DNA of 64,000 nucleotides from Candidatus Poribacteria bacterium (GTDB lineage Bacteria > Poribacteria > WGA-4E > PCPOR2b). The notes below the pieces were generated by a model, which ran no database searches, was not told where the DNA came from, and saw only the letters and a list, made by a program, of their open reading frames with translations. The translations under genes were made by a program, and so were the position numbers. The stretch covers positions 1,184,001 to 1,248,000 of the forward strand of contig OZ242351.1 of the NCBI GenBank assembly GCA_965208675.1, in the 5' to 3' direction. Positions 18,249 through 28,940 of this stretch are shown piece by piece; positions within the stretch are counted from its first letter, which is position 1; each line of letters begins with the position of its first letter.

Positions 18249-20003
18249 ATGTTTACTTCTAGGTCAACAAACATGAATCGACAGCGCCAAATACAGTTTG
18301 GAAATTATGCCGCGGCACGTATGCTAACAGCGACTCAAGTCGGCTATTCCACGTCACAAGAACGAATAACGGAAATTCTCCGCTCATTCAATTACACGGA
18401 ACTCGTGATTGTACTGGTAAGAATCAATCTTTTTCTCCACCGCAGTGAAGATCTTTTTGAATGCGAACGAGTTCTTAGAAAGAATTTTTGCACGTCGGTG
18501 TTGCAACATTCTATCACCGTTTCTGGAATTCTGGAAGACAGCATCATTTTCCACAGAAACCCAACACTTCGACTGTTAAGCAGGAGTGTGTGCGATGCTA
18601 ACCGAAATTCGACGCGGTCGCCGGATATTGCGGACGATGCACGGAATGACTTGGCGACATGTTATCTCGTCGTGAACGAATTGCTTGCTGAGGAAGCTCC
18701 CCCTCCTGGAATGGGCTCAGAGGAGAAATTAAGGAATGATTTAGCGGAATTAATTGCAATTTTCGAATACTCGGTCAATCCTTCGCCTTGGCGCCACATA
18801 AAACATACAATTGTTCGGTCAAACGAATTTCTGACTCTTCTTCAGGAGAAAGCGTCGACATTTGATGTGAACGCGGCGTTTTTAGAGGCGACAACCGGGT
18901 TGACATTACAGCACTACCAACATCTCATTTTTAGCATATTCGCGGTATACTCTAGATTTTCACCCGAGGAAATTTTGGAAGGCAACGCGCTATTCATTGA
19001 TACAAAGCCATCTCCAGCCCTTGCGACATTGTACGATAAGCTGCTCCAACACACCTGTATCCCAATTGAAGAACTTGCGCGCTGTGCGGAAACAATAACC
19101 TCACTGACAAACGAGTTTCGCCTATGGCGGCAATTTCCACTTGTAAAGTTAAGTGATGACCAAATCATGTGCGTCGATATGGGGTTCCTCGTAGATAAAA
19201 TTGAAACGGGAGTGTTTTGGATCGTACGCGATTACCTTGAAGATAAAATTGCCGGCAAAGGAGAACAGATTATTCGCTTGCGCGGTGCGGTTTTCGAGGA
19301 TTATGCCGCGTCAATTGTTGAGCGAGGAATCAATGCACAACAGCCGCCCGGCAAAGAGAAGTTCATAATTAAGCCGATGTATGATCAGAAAGGAGAGGCG
19401 GAGTGTACCGATATTGCAGTATATGGTGGGGACACGCTCATCCTGTTGGAATGCAAAGCGCCACTATTATCTGCCGAAGCGAAGTTCAGCCGAGATTTTT
19501 CTGAATTCTACAAGGCAATCAAGCCCAGTGTAATTAAGGGCATAGGGCAGCTGTGGGCTTCCATTCAGGACATGTGTCATACTGACAAAAAGCAAAGGCG
19601 AAAGGTAAAAGGCATAAGTATTTCAAAGATTAAAAAGATTTACCCAGTGATAGTGCTTCCTGATCGCCTTTTCTCACTTCCGGGTATGAACAGGTACCTG
19701 GACCTGGAATTTCAACAGCTATTGAAACGCAAAAATCTGAAAAAGCACTTAGCTGACATGCGCTTAACTGTTTTAACCATATCTGATCTTGAGGATTTAG
19801 AGCCCTATCTATACGACAAACCCTTCCATGTTCACCTAGAAACTTGGCTGCAAGATTTCAAAAGAGACGAATACTTCTCCTTCAGCCGATATTTACGGTC
19901 ATTGAGGGAAAACGAACCACGTGAGAATTTGTACGTGAATAAGGAATTTGATCGGATTGGTGCCGACATGCAGGCGTTTTTCTCCGCGCACGGCCTTAAT
20001 TGA
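18249..20003 (+). CDS. Hypothetical 584-aa protein with a C-terminal PD-(D/E)xK/NERD-like nuclease motif
   Basis: GAVFEDYA...ECTDIAVYGGDTLILLECKA...KGIGQL; long ORF with no other recognisable domain. Confidence 0.65.
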   Translation: MFTSRSTNMNRQRQIQFGNYAAARMLTATQVGYSTSQERITEILRSFNYTELVIVLVRINLFLHRSEDLFECERVLRKNFCTSVLQHSITVSGILEDSIIFHRNPTLRLLSRSVCDANRNSTRSPDIADDARNDLATCYLVVNELLAEEAPPPGMGSEEKLRNDLAELIAIFEYSVNPSPWRHIKHTIVRSNEFLTLLQEKASTFDVNAAFLEATTGLTLQHYQHLIFSIFAVYSRFSPEEILEGNALFIDTKPSPALATLYDKLLQHTCIPIEELARCAETITSLTNEFRLWRQFPLVKLSDDQIMCVDMGFLVDKIETGVFWIVRDYLEDKIAGKGEQIIRLRGAVFEDYAASIVERGINAQQPPGKEKFIIKPMYDQKGEAECTDIAVYGGDTLILLECKAPLLSAEAKFSRDFSEFYKAIKPSVIKGIGQLWASIQDMCHTDKKQRRKVKGISISKIKKIYPVIVLPDRLFSLPGMNRYLDLEFQQLLKRKNLKKHLADMRLTVLTISDLEDLEPYLYDKPFHVHLETWLQDFKRDEYFSFSRYLRSLRENEPRENLYVNKEFDRIGADMQAFFSAHGLN

Positions 20004-20046
20004 TAATGATTAGTTGCCAATCGCAACTTCACTGAATATGGAATGC

Positions 20047-20385
20047 ATGATGCATATCACAGGGATTTTTGAATTCATCAGCCCCAAGTCAATTTGAATC
20101 AAAGGCACTCGAGTCGGTATCGAAATTGTCATTGAGAAATTTCCTGACGGTGCAAACCCGGATGAAATTCGACGACAGCACCCACATCTTACATTAAAGC
20201 AGATTCATGGGACGATTACCTACTACCTGTTCAACAAAGAGCCAATCGACGCCTATATTGAAGCCGGGCGAAAGCAAGCCGAACAGACTTATGCCCAACA
20301 GCGAAAAAACCCGTCGCCGGGCGTGGCGCGGCTCATGAAAATCAAAGCCCAGCGCGAAGCCGCACAATTACAACCCCATAACTAA
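20047..20385 (+). pseudogene. DUF433 protein with an internal nonsense codon
   Basis: MMHITGIFEFISPKSI*IKGTRVGIEIVI..PHLTLKQIHGTITYYL; TGA at 20095-97 where CGA (Arg) is expected. Confidence 0.8.
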
Positions 20386-20484
20386 ATGGGATGAACAGAA
20401 TCTATTGTAGTGCTAGCAATAACGAAAATAATTTCGCGTTAATTATCGCCTCTGTGCACATCGTCTGATGGAACTGACTTCATC

Positions 20485-23400
20485 ATGCCAAACCCGTACA
20501 GTGAAGACCAACTTGTAGAACAACCCGCCATCGCCCTGCTCGAAGAACTCGGGTGGAAGACGCTCGACTGCTACGGTGAATTCGATCAGGGTGGCAGTCC
20601 GATCGGTAGAGAGCACAGGGGCGAGGTCGTTCTAACGATGAGGTTGCGCGGCGCACTAGAACGCCTCAATCCTGATGCGTCCGCCGTGGCAATTAACGCG
20701 GCGATTGAGGAGTTGACAAAATCCCGTGCGGCTATGAGCCTCGTCGAAGCCAACTGGGAGATTTACAGCCAACTGAAGGATGGCGTGAAAGTTGCCGACA
20801 CGGCACCCGACGACGAAGGCGAATCCGTCGTAGACCTAAAGGTGATTGACTGGGAAAATACGGAGAACAACGATTTCTTCCTGGCGTCACAGTTCTGGAT
20901 TGCCGGCGAAATGCACACTCGAAGACCGGACGCAATCGGCTTTATTAACGGACTGCCGTTGGTGGTGATGGAGTTCAAACGGCTTGACGAGAACGTCCAC
21001 TCCGCCTACCACGATAACCTACGGGACTATAAGGACACCATTCCCCATCTGTTCTGGTACAACGCCCTGATTATTCTCTCCAACGGTTTGGAGAGCCGCG
21101 TCGGCAGCCTCACAGCCAGTTGGGAACACTTCGCCGAATGGAAACGAATTAAAGGTGAAGATGAACCTGCCGCGGTTTCGTTGGAGACCATCCTGCGCGG
21201 CCTCTGCAACCATCGCCGGCTGCTTGACATTGTCGAGAACTTCACCCTCTTCATGAGTCCCCAAGGCGGATCAATCAAGCTCACCGCCAAAAACCATCAG
21301 TATCTGGGTGTGAACAACGCCATTGAAGCCTTGAAGAGTATTGAATCTAATCGCGGACAGCTCGGCGTGTTCTGGCATACACAGGGCAGCGGGAAGAGCG
21401 TCTCGATGCTATTCTTCGCCCAGAAAGTTCTCAGGAAAATTCCGGGTAACTGGACCTTTGTCGTTGTCACGGATCGGAAAGAGCTGGACACTCAAATCTA
21501 CAAAACCTTCGCGAGTGCGCGCGGCGTTGTGGCAAATCAGGAGGTTCATGCCGAGAGTGTCGCGCACCTCCGCCGTCTCTTGCGTGAAGACCACCGCTAC
21601 ATCTTCACCCTTATCCACAAATTCCAGACCCAAGGCTCTGAGAAACACCCCGTTCTCTCAAACCGATCAGACATCGTCGTCATCACCGATGAATCTCACC
21701 GCAGCCAATACGACACATTGGCATCCAATATGCGAACGGCGCTGCCCAATGCCGCGTTTATCGCCTTCACCGGCACGCCGCTAATCGCGGGCGAAGAAAA
21801 GACCCGCCAAGTGTTCGGGGAATACGTCTCAATCTACGACTTCAAGCAGTCGGTCGAGGACAACGCAACCGTACCGCTCTATTACGAAAACCGCGTTCCC
21901 GCCGTGCAATTAGTCAACGAGGAACTCAACGAAGATTTTGCGGGGATCCTAGAGGCGGCGGAACTTGATGAAACACAGGAAACCAGGATTGAGCGCGAGT
22001 TTGCCACACAGTATCACGTAATCACGCGTGATGAACGCTTAGAAGATGTCGCGAAAGATATTGTTTCGCACTTTATGGGGCGTGGATATCGGGGCAAGGC
22101 GATGGTCATCTCCATCGACAAAGCCACCGCCGTCAAGATGTATGACAAGGTTCAGAAGCATTGGGCTGAGTACCTTGAAGCGTTGAAGGTCAAAAAAGAG
22201 GACGCCCATGGGAACGTGGAACTTAAACCCCTTGAGGCAAAAATCCAATACATGGAAGAGACCGATATGGCAGTCGTAGTCTCACAGTCGCAGAACGAGA
22301 TTGACGATCTGAAAGCCAAAGGGGCGGATATCGTTCCGCATCGCAGACGCATGAATACCCAGGACCTTGAGACTAAATTCAAAGATCCGGCAGATTCGTT
22401 CCGGGTCGTTTTTGTCTGTTCAATGTGGATGACCGGTTTCGATGTGCCGGCTTGTTCCACGATTTATCTTGACAAACTGCAACGCAACCATACCTTGATG
22501 CAGACAATCGCCAGAGCCAACCGAGTCTTCGGCGACAAAGTCAACGGCTTGGTCGTCGATTATATCGGAATCTTCCGCAATCTTGAGCGCGCGTTGGCGA
22601 TTTACGCGGAAGGCACCGATGCGGAAGGCAGACGCCCAATTCGCGATAAATCGGAGCTTGTCGACGTACTTAGACGCGCAATTGCTGAAATTAAAGAGTT
22701 TTGTGCGAACCGCGGCGTTGACCTCACCAAGATTCAGGCGGCGGAAACAGAAACTTTTGAACGCGCTCGGCGAATCAACGACGCGGTAGACAAACTGCTG
22801 GTAAACGATGAAACTAAACGTGACTATTTACAGCGCGCAAATAACATCTCCAAGCTATACAAGGCGATACTGCCCGATCCCGCAGTGAATGAATTTAAGG
22901 AAATCTGCAGCCTCACCAAGCTGATTGCGGAAAAAATCAAAAACTTGACTCCGTCTGCGGATCCCTCCGATGTGAGGAAGGAAATTGAAGTCCTACTGGA
23001 CCAGTCAATCCTGCCGATTGGTTACATCATAGCGGAAGAAGGGGAATATGAAACAAACCAGATTGTCGATTTGAGTCAGATAGACTTCGATAAGCTCCGC
23101 GAAAGATTCAAGACGCAACGCAAGCAGATTGAAGCCGAAAAACTCAGGAGCGCAATAAACAGGAAACTATCACAGTTGATTCGGCTTAACAAAACACGAA
23201 TGGATTATCAGGAAAAATTCGAACAAATCATCGCCGACTATAACGAAGCCGCCATTGACGTTGATGAATGGATTGAAGAATTAATCGCATTGGCGGGTGA
23301 ACTCAATGAGGAAGAACAACGCACCGTCGCCGAGCAACTATCCGAGGAAGAGCTGACTGTCTTTGACCTGCTCACTCGTCCCAAGCCCGAATTGACCGAA

Positions 23401-23652
23401 TCTGAAAAGAAACAGTCGAAAGACGTAGCCCGAAAACTGCTTGAGACACTCAAAAACGGCAAGCTAGTGCTCGATTGGCGCAAGCAACAACAATCGCGAG
23501 CCGTAGTTAAGCTCAGTGTTCGAGAGATACTCGATGAACTGCCGGAATGTTATACCCGGGAGGTATACGATCAAAAATGCGAAGCAGTGTATCAACACAT
23601 CTTCGAGTCTTACTACGGAAATGGCAAGAGCGTTTATAGCATTGCGGCGTGA
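20485..23652 (+). CDS. hsdR: Type I restriction endonuclease subunit R
   Basis: RRPDAIGFINGLPLVVMEFK nuclease motif, WHTQGSGKS, DESHRSQY, FTGTP, MWMTGFD, LMQTIARANR. Confidence 0.97.
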   Translation: MPNPYSEDQLVEQPAIALLEELGWKTLDCYGEFDQGGSPIGREHRGEVVLTMRLRGALERLNPDASAVAINAAIEELTKSRAAMSLVEANWEIYSQLKDGVKVADTAPDDEGESVVDLKVIDWENTENNDFFLASQFWIAGEMHTRRPDAIGFINGLPLVVMEFKRLDENVHSAYHDNLRDYKDTIPHLFWYNALIILSNGLESRVGSLTASWEHFAEWKRIKGEDEPAAVSLETILRGLCNHRRLLDIVENFTLFMSPQGGSIKLTAKNHQYLGVNNAIEALKSIESNRGQLGVFWHTQGSGKSVSMLFFAQKVLRKIPGNWTFVVVTDRKELDTQIYKTFASARGVVANQEVHAESVAHLRRLLREDHRYIFTLIHKFQTQGSEKHPVLSNRSDIVVITDESHRSQYDTLASNMRTALPNAAFIAFTGTPLIAGEEKTRQVFGEYVSIYDFKQSVEDNATVPLYYENRVPAVQLVNEELNEDFAGILEAAELDETQETRIEREFATQYHVITRDERLEDVAKDIVSHFMGRGYRGKAMVISIDKATAVKMYDKVQKHWAEYLEALKVKKEDAHGNVELKPLEAKIQYMEETDMAVVVSQSQNEIDDLKAKGADIVPHRRRMNTQDLETKFKDPADSFRVVFVCSMWMTGFDVPACSTIYLDKLQRNHTLMQTIARANRVFGDKVNGLVVDYIGIFRNLERALAIYAEGTDAEGRRPIRDKSELVDVLRRAIAEIKEFCANRGVDLTKIQAAETETFERARRINDAVDKLLVNDETKRDYLQRANNISKLYKAILPDPAVNEFKEICSLTKLIAEKIKNLTPSADPSDVRKEIEVLLDQSILPIGYIIAEEGEYETNQIVDLSQIDFDKLRERFKTQRKQIEAEKLRSAINRKLSQLIRLNKTRMDYQEKFEQIIADYNEAAIDVDEWIEELIALAGELNEEEQRTVAEQLSEEELTVFDLLTRPKPELTESEKKQSKDVARKLLETLKNGKLVLDWRKQQQSRAVVKLSVREILDELPECYTREVYDQKCEAVYQHIFESYYGNGKSVYSIAA

Positions 23653-23768
23653 TTCACGGCGGCTAACCCATCAATCTCCCCGCCGCTCACGTAAATACGC
23701 ATGAGGAGGATGTGCAACTAGCTGAATTGCTGGAATAACAGATTTTTCGAAAAACTCAACTGATTTGG

Positions 23769-24088
23769 AATCCGTGCAATCCATTAATCCGCGGTAATCC
23801 GCGATTCAGACAATAAGAAGTTCGCCATACGGAATACATTTTCATTTTCTCTCATTGATTCTCCGAAAGCATCCCGGACTTCGACCGAAAAATTATGGAT
23901 GTCTTCAATCCGCGCAATCCATTTATCCGCGGCAATCCGCGATTCAGACAACAAGAAGTTCGCCATACGGAATACATTTTCATTTTCTCTCATTGATTCT
24001 CCGAAAGCATCCCGGACTTCGACCGAAAAATTATGGATGTCTTCAATCTGCGTTATCCGTAAAATCCGCGGCAATCCGCGATTCAGAC
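23769..24088. repeat. Two 138-bp tandem units delimited by three AATCC...ATTCAGAC half-elements
   Basis: ATCCGCGG(T/C)AATCCGCGATTCAGAC at 23787, 23925 and 24064; the intervening ~95-bp segments are near-identical. Confidence 0.92.
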
Positions 24089-24176
24089 AGAGCATTGCCA
24101 AATACGGACGGCTGATCAACGCTTTACGTCTTAGTTTGTGATATACTGATTTGAGATTTTAATTGAAAGGAACATT

Positions 24177-24407
24177 ATGCCAAAAGCATCTTTGCAACAA
24201 CAAGCAGTTGACCTAATAGAGCAGCTTTCGACAGAAAAGCTGAAGACGGTTATTGACTATCTGAGCTACCTGCAAGATAAAGAAGCGTGGGAAGCCACCC
24301 GCGAATTGGCGAGCAATCCGGAAATCGTCAAAAGTTTAGAACGTTCAGAATCAGATGTGCAGGCAGAAAAGCTAAAGCGTTGGACCGATGTTAGACGGGA
24401 CGTTTGA
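24177..24407 (+). CDS. Putative type II antitoxin (RelE partner)
   Basis: 76 aa, VIDYLSYL..EATRELASNPEIVKSLERS; overlaps the RelE remnant. Confidence 0.75.
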   Translation: MPKASLQQQAVDLIEQLSTEKLKTVIDYLSYLQDKEAWEATRELASNPEIVKSLERSESDVQAEKLKRWTDVRRDV

Positions 24408-24665
24408 TGTACAACTCACTGAGATGAGGCAGCGACGCACTACGACGCGCTTGACGCAAACATGACGCGGCGAGTGAATGAAGCGTTTGATATGTTAGCC
24501 CAAAATCCGTTCTTTGGACGGAACATTGTCAAATTGAAGGGAGAGTATGCCGGACGGTACAGGTACCGTGTCGGAAGTTACCGAATTGTCTACAGTGTGA
24601 ACACGCAGCGTCGGGTGTGCATCATCAAAGGCATTTATCGGCGTGGCAGAGCAAATCGTCCGTAA
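24400..24665 (+). pseudogene. RelE/ParE toxin with mutated start codon and a frameshift
   Basis: ACG-TTT-GAT-GTA-CAA-CTC-ACT, then an extra GA, then DEAATHYDAL..KLKGEYAGRYRYRVGSYRIVY. Confidence 0.72.
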
Positions 24666-24753
24666 TTAGGCAAATGACATGGATTCGGCGCATTGCATCT
24701 GCGTCCAACATTTATCCGCGGCAATCCGCGATTCAGAGGTTTGGAGAATGAAA

Positions 24754-25545
24754 ATGAGTCCGACAAATACAGATGAAAATTGGGAAATTACGTCGTCCGT
24801 CACCGATGAACAGGTTTCATTTTACAACGAAAACGGATATCTCACATTTGGCAGGATTTTTACTCGGGCAGAATTGGACGAATTGCGCGGTTACGTCGAT
24901 GATATGGTCGCTACGCTCCCCGAAGGCAAACGCCCCGAACACATGGACGTGCCGCACTTTGAACACCCGTATCTGTTTAAGTACCTTGCGGATCCGCGTG
25001 TGCTGGATGTGATAGAACGCTTCATCGGACCCGATATCCTCCTCTGGTCGAGCCATTTCGTCACCAAACCCAAGACCGACGGTATGCCCGCGCCGTGGCA
25101 TCAGGACGGCGTCTACTGGAACGGCCGATTGGAACCGATGCATGTAATCACGATGTGGCTCGCTGTGGACGAATCGTCAGTCGAAAACGGCTGCATGCGC
25201 GTAATCGCCGGGAGCCATAAACTCAGAGATCGGCGCTACGAGCATGTCGATCCGACAAAAAACATATTCGGCACCGAAGTCGTCGCTGAAGATTTGGATG
25301 CATCGAGGATTGTTAACCTAGAACTGGCCGTCGGCGAATGCCATTTTCACGACGCCTTTACCATCCACGGATCGGCTGCAAATTCCTCGCAAAATAGGCG
25401 ATGCGGTTATACGATGCGTTACATGCCGGCGACTGTCCGCTGCCATGACCCGATGTTGGCACCTGCCCATCGCATCTACCTGTTGCGGGGCGAAGATCGA
25501 AGCAACGGTTTCAATTTCTACACCCCGGCACCGAATTTCCCCTGA
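24754..25545 (+). CDS. Phytanoyl-CoA dioxygenase (PhyH) family Fe/2OG oxygenase
   Basis: PWHQDG, MWLAVD..ENGCMRVIAGSH, IHGSAAN..RR. Confidence 0.92.
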   Translation: MSPTNTDENWEITSSVTDEQVSFYNENGYLTFGRIFTRAELDELRGYVDDMVATLPEGKRPEHMDVPHFEHPYLFKYLADPRVLDVIERFIGPDILLWSSHFVTKPKTDGMPAPWHQDGVYWNGRLEPMHVITMWLAVDESSVENGCMRVIAGSHKLRDRRYEHVDPTKNIFGTEVVAEDLDASRIVNLELAVGECHFHDAFTIHGSAANSSQNRRCGYTMRYMPATVRCHDPMLAPAHRIYLLRGEDRSNGFNFYTPAPNFP

Positions 25546-25820
25546 ACGGCTCGCCGAAATCCTTTACTCCCAATACATTGCCATTGATATCAGACATGCG
25601 ATTACACTTACACGGTTTGACGGGCGATTGAGCGAGAAAGGGGCGATTGCAACAAGCGCAATCGCAAGTTGAGGCCGCCCAACCTCTACCCGTTGAAGTC
25701 CCCGCAATTCCTAACCCGTGCCGATCCAGACGATACCCTCTTGTAATAGACACGGATTTGGTGATATAATCATGGCGCGATTAATTCAAATCCCGAAGAA
25801 ATGACCATCGTGGAGGACAA

Positions 25821-26489
25821 ATGACGAACATAGAAAGCGACGATTCCAACGATTTTGCGCGCCGCAGTCTAGATCGAGGCATGGAGATGCAGCGGCGAGG
25901 GTTTTTAGATGTCGCTATCCCTTACTACACTGAAGTCATACGGTTAGAGCAGGGAGACCCGGATATACTCATTGATGCCTGCGGCAAACGGGGCGAGTGT
26001 TATTTGAAAAAAGGCGATTTGCAGTCTGCAATCAAAGATTTTGACAGAGTGATAAATGAGTTGCCTGAAAACCCCGACAATGCCAGTGTCTATAAGAATC
26101 GAGGTGCCGCTTACCTCGGAACGGGCCGTTTTGACCGCGCCGCCGAAGATTTTACCAAGGCGATAGAACTGAAACCCGGTTACGCTAACGCCTTCCGCCT
26201 TCGCGGTATAGTTTACTGCAGGAAAGGCGAGTATAGCAGTGCTATTGAAGACTTTTCCATAGTGATTGCATTGAAGCCCAATTATGCCAAGACCTATTAC
26301 AATCGCGGTATAGCCTGGCTGCATTTGGGCGAGTGGGAAAAAGCCAAATCTGACCTGATGAACTCCTCGAGTATGAAGATGGACACTATCGCAGCATTCC
26401 GCGAGGAGTATCAAAGCCTTCAAGAATTCGAGCAGAAACTTGGGATTCAAGTGCCGGTTGACATCATCCCATTGCTTAGGCGCGGTTAA
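25821..26489 (+). CDS. TPR-repeat protein
   Basis: Repeated YxNRG..AIxDFxxAIxLxP units. Confidence 0.9.
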   Translation: MTNIESDDSNDFARRSLDRGMEMQRRGFLDVAIPYYTEVIRLEQGDPDILIDACGKRGECYLKKGDLQSAIKDFDRVINELPENPDNASVYKNRGAAYLGTGRFDRAAEDFTKAIELKPGYANAFRLRGIVYCRKGEYSSAIEDFSIVIALKPNYAKTYYNRGIAWLHLGEWEKAKSDLMNSSSMKMDTIAAFREEYQSLQEFEQKLGIQVPVDIIPLLRRG

Positions 26490-26921
26490 TGTCAATTCGT
26501 GAATTGACATTTTAATGGAACCGCCATCGGCAATTAGGCGGCAACGGCGGCTAGCAAATTTAACGGCGCCAATGTGGGGAAAGGGTTGCTAGCGGCGACG
26601 CGCGGCGGATACAACGCGTACTCCATTGAGGGTCGGGACCTCCTGCACCAAAGTCGGTGACAATTAGACACTTCTTGAAATACTAACGGATTCCTTGATG
26701 CGAAATTGATTCAAATGACCATTCATACCGGTTCCCACCATTCCATTCGAGCGAAAATTATATCTGCATCTGATCACTTGCCCCGAATGTGCATCATGAT
26801 ATGTTGGAACACTATGTCGCCGTCCGGCTGCCTTTAAACCCAACGGTTACACAGCGCTTTTGTACCGAATTTCTTGAGTTTTGAATCCGTCGCAGTTCCA
26901 TCTAAAGGGAGAAAACCTCTT

Positions 26922-28814
26922 ATGAGAATAACCCAAATTTTCAAGACCTTGCTCTTGTCTACTTCTCTTTTTCTGCTGCTGAATGGATGCGGAAAAACTG
27001 TCAAAATTCAACCTCCCCCTGAATACAACAATTGGAATCTGCCGCATGGCGCCGCAATGCGGCTCGGAAAGGGTGAAGTCAACGACATCGCTTATGCACC
27101 AGATGGCACTAAGCTCGCCGTGGCGAGTAGTATCGGGGTGTGGCTTTATGATGCCCGCGACGGTACGGAAATCGCCTTGATTACGGCGCATACAGAAGGT
27201 GCGAGCGCGGTGGCGTTTTCCCCGGACGGTAGTACCCTCGCCAGTGGAAGTTCGAGCGATATCATCACCGGAGGTGAGGAAGGTTCCATTTGGCTGTGGG
27301 AAACCGCCACGGGACGGCACAAACAGACGCTTCAAGGGCATGATCGCCTTGTTAATTCGTTAGTGTTCTCACCTAACGGAAAAACTCTTGCCAGTGCAAG
27401 TCAGGACGATACGGTACGGCTCTGGGACGTCGCTACCGGGTACAGCCTCCGCACCCTTGAGGGGCATACGAGTGAAGTGAATTCCGTCGCGTTCTCGCCG
27501 GACGGAGCCACGCTTGCGAGCGGCAGCCGAGACAATACTGCACGGTTGTGGGAGGTCGCCACGGGTCGCCCCATCAAAACCCTTGAAGGACATGAGAAAT
27601 CTGTCAATTCAGTGTCATTTTCACCTGATGGACATATCCTCACTTGTGCAAGCGAGACTGTCTGGATGTGGGATGTTGCAGCAATGGAACCGAAATGGAC
27701 CCTAGAGGTCGGTCCGCACGTGTGGGAGGTAGATGACGTGGCGTATTCCCCGGACGGCATCACGGTCGCCAGCATCTGCTCGGGAAATATTCAGTTGTGG
27801 GACGCCACGACCGGCGGGCTAAAGCGCACACTTCCAAGGACCGGCTGGATTCAGTCCCTCGCGTTTTCCCCTGACAGCGGCACCCTCGCGGCTGCAAGTC
27901 CGTACGACGGAATTTACATTTGGGATTTGGAAACCACGCAGCTCAAAGCCACGCTTGAGGGACACATAGCTAGTGTCGAGTCCTTTGCTTTCTCCCCGGA
28001 TGGAGAAAGTCTTGCAAGCGGCGGTACGACGTTCAATCTGTGGAATGTCAGCACGGGCCGCCCAAAACTCATTTTTGATGACAAAAACATGGAACATCCC
28101 GTGGCGTTTTCTCCCGACGGTAGCAGCCTCGTCACCGGAATTAGGTATAACGCACTTAGGTTATGGGATGCCTCCACCGGTCAACGAATTCAAGTTTTTG
28201 AGGGACATAGTCAGTACCTAAACGCTGTCGCATTCTCCCCTAACGGTTCTCTTCTCGCTAGCGGCGGCAGCGACAATACCGTTCGGTGTTGGGACGTTTC
28301 AAGCGGTCAACTGAAATATGTCCTTGATGCCCACACGGGCGCTGTTGAGTCCGTAGAATTTTCACCAAATGGACGTACCCTCGCCAGTGCGAGTAGAGAC
28401 AAAACCGTACGGTTGTGGGACGCTGCTACGGGTGAAGCCAAGGCATCCCTTGACGGACATGGTTCCGGAGTCGATGCTATCGCATTTTCGCCTGATGGTC
28501 GGATTCTTGCCAGCGGGAGTTGGAACGGGATTCGATTGTGGGATGCCGATACGGGCAAGTTCCTGCGTAAACTAGCTGGCGATCCCGGTGGTGTCGAGTC
28601 AATTTCGTTCTCTCCAGATGGGAACTTCTTAGCAAGCGGAAACCGGAATCACACAATTTGGTCATGGGACGTAGCCACAGGCAGACATTTGCGCATTCTA
28701 TCAGGGCATATGGACAGTGTCGAACACCTGTCGTTCTCTCCGGACGGTTCCGTCCTCGCTAGCGGGAGTCGGGACGGCACCATTCTGCTCTGGGCGTCGT
28801 TCTTACCGCACTGA
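26922..28814 (+). CDS. WD40-repeat lipoprotein
   Basis: Lipobox LLNGC; [14 protein letters not shown] lead motif; about 14 GH..VAFSPDG..LASGS.D..LWD repeats. Confidence 0.93.
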   Translation: MRITQIFKTLLLSTSLFLLLNGCGKTVKIQPPPEYNNWNLPHGAAMRLGKGEVNDIAYAPDGTKLAVASSIGVWLYDARDGTEIALITAHTEGASAVAFSPDGSTLASGSSSDIITGGEEGSIWLWETATGRHKQTLQGHDRLVNSLVFSPNGKTLASASQDDTVRLWDVATGYSLRTLEGHTSEVNSVAFSPDGATLASGSRDNTARLWEVATGRPIKTLEGHEKSVNSVSFSPDGHILTCASETVWMWDVAAMEPKWTLEVGPHVWEVDDVAYSPDGITVASICSGNIQLWDATTGGLKRTLPRTGWIQSLAFSPDSGTLAAASPYDGIYIWDLETTQLKATLEGHIASVESFAFSPDGESLASGGTTFNLWNVSTGRPKLIFDDKNMEHPVAFSPDGSSLVTGIRYNALRLWDASTGQRIQVFEGHSQYLNAVAFSPNGSLLASGGSDNTVRCWDVSSGQLKYVLDAHTGAVESVEFSPNGRTLASASRDKTVRLWDAATGEAKASLDGHGSGVDAIAFSPDGRILASGSWNGIRLWDADTGKFLRKLAGDPGGVESISFSPDGNFLASGNRNHTIWSWDVATGRHLRILSGHMDSVEHLSFSPDGSVLASGSRDGTILLWASFLPH

Positions 28815-28940
28815 CAATGCGGGTACGCGGGCAGTTTTAATGGCGGGAGACATTGGTGTTGAGTCGCGAGTATTGACCGAACACCCGAAGATTTAGAAAG
28901 TCGAATCGTCCACTGTAAAATCAAAAAGGAGTACCCACCG

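Noticed and set aside
20095-20097. TGA recoding (selenocysteine or alternative genetic code)
   Set aside because: The position corresponds to Arg in DUF433, and many other genes here end in TGA; a simple CGA-to-TGA mutation is more likely.
23769-24141. CRISPR or coding interpretation of the 138-bp repeats
   Set aside because: The spacers are ~95 bp and identical; the overlapping ORFs on both strands only reflect a period divisible by three.
11621-24740. Integron attC sites
   Set aside because: The elements lack RYYYAAC/GTTRRRY ends and no integron integrase is in the window.
24679-24753. N-terminal extension of the PhyH ORF
   Set aside because: It reads through the ATTCAGA repeat motif; the RBS supports a start at 24748 or 24754.
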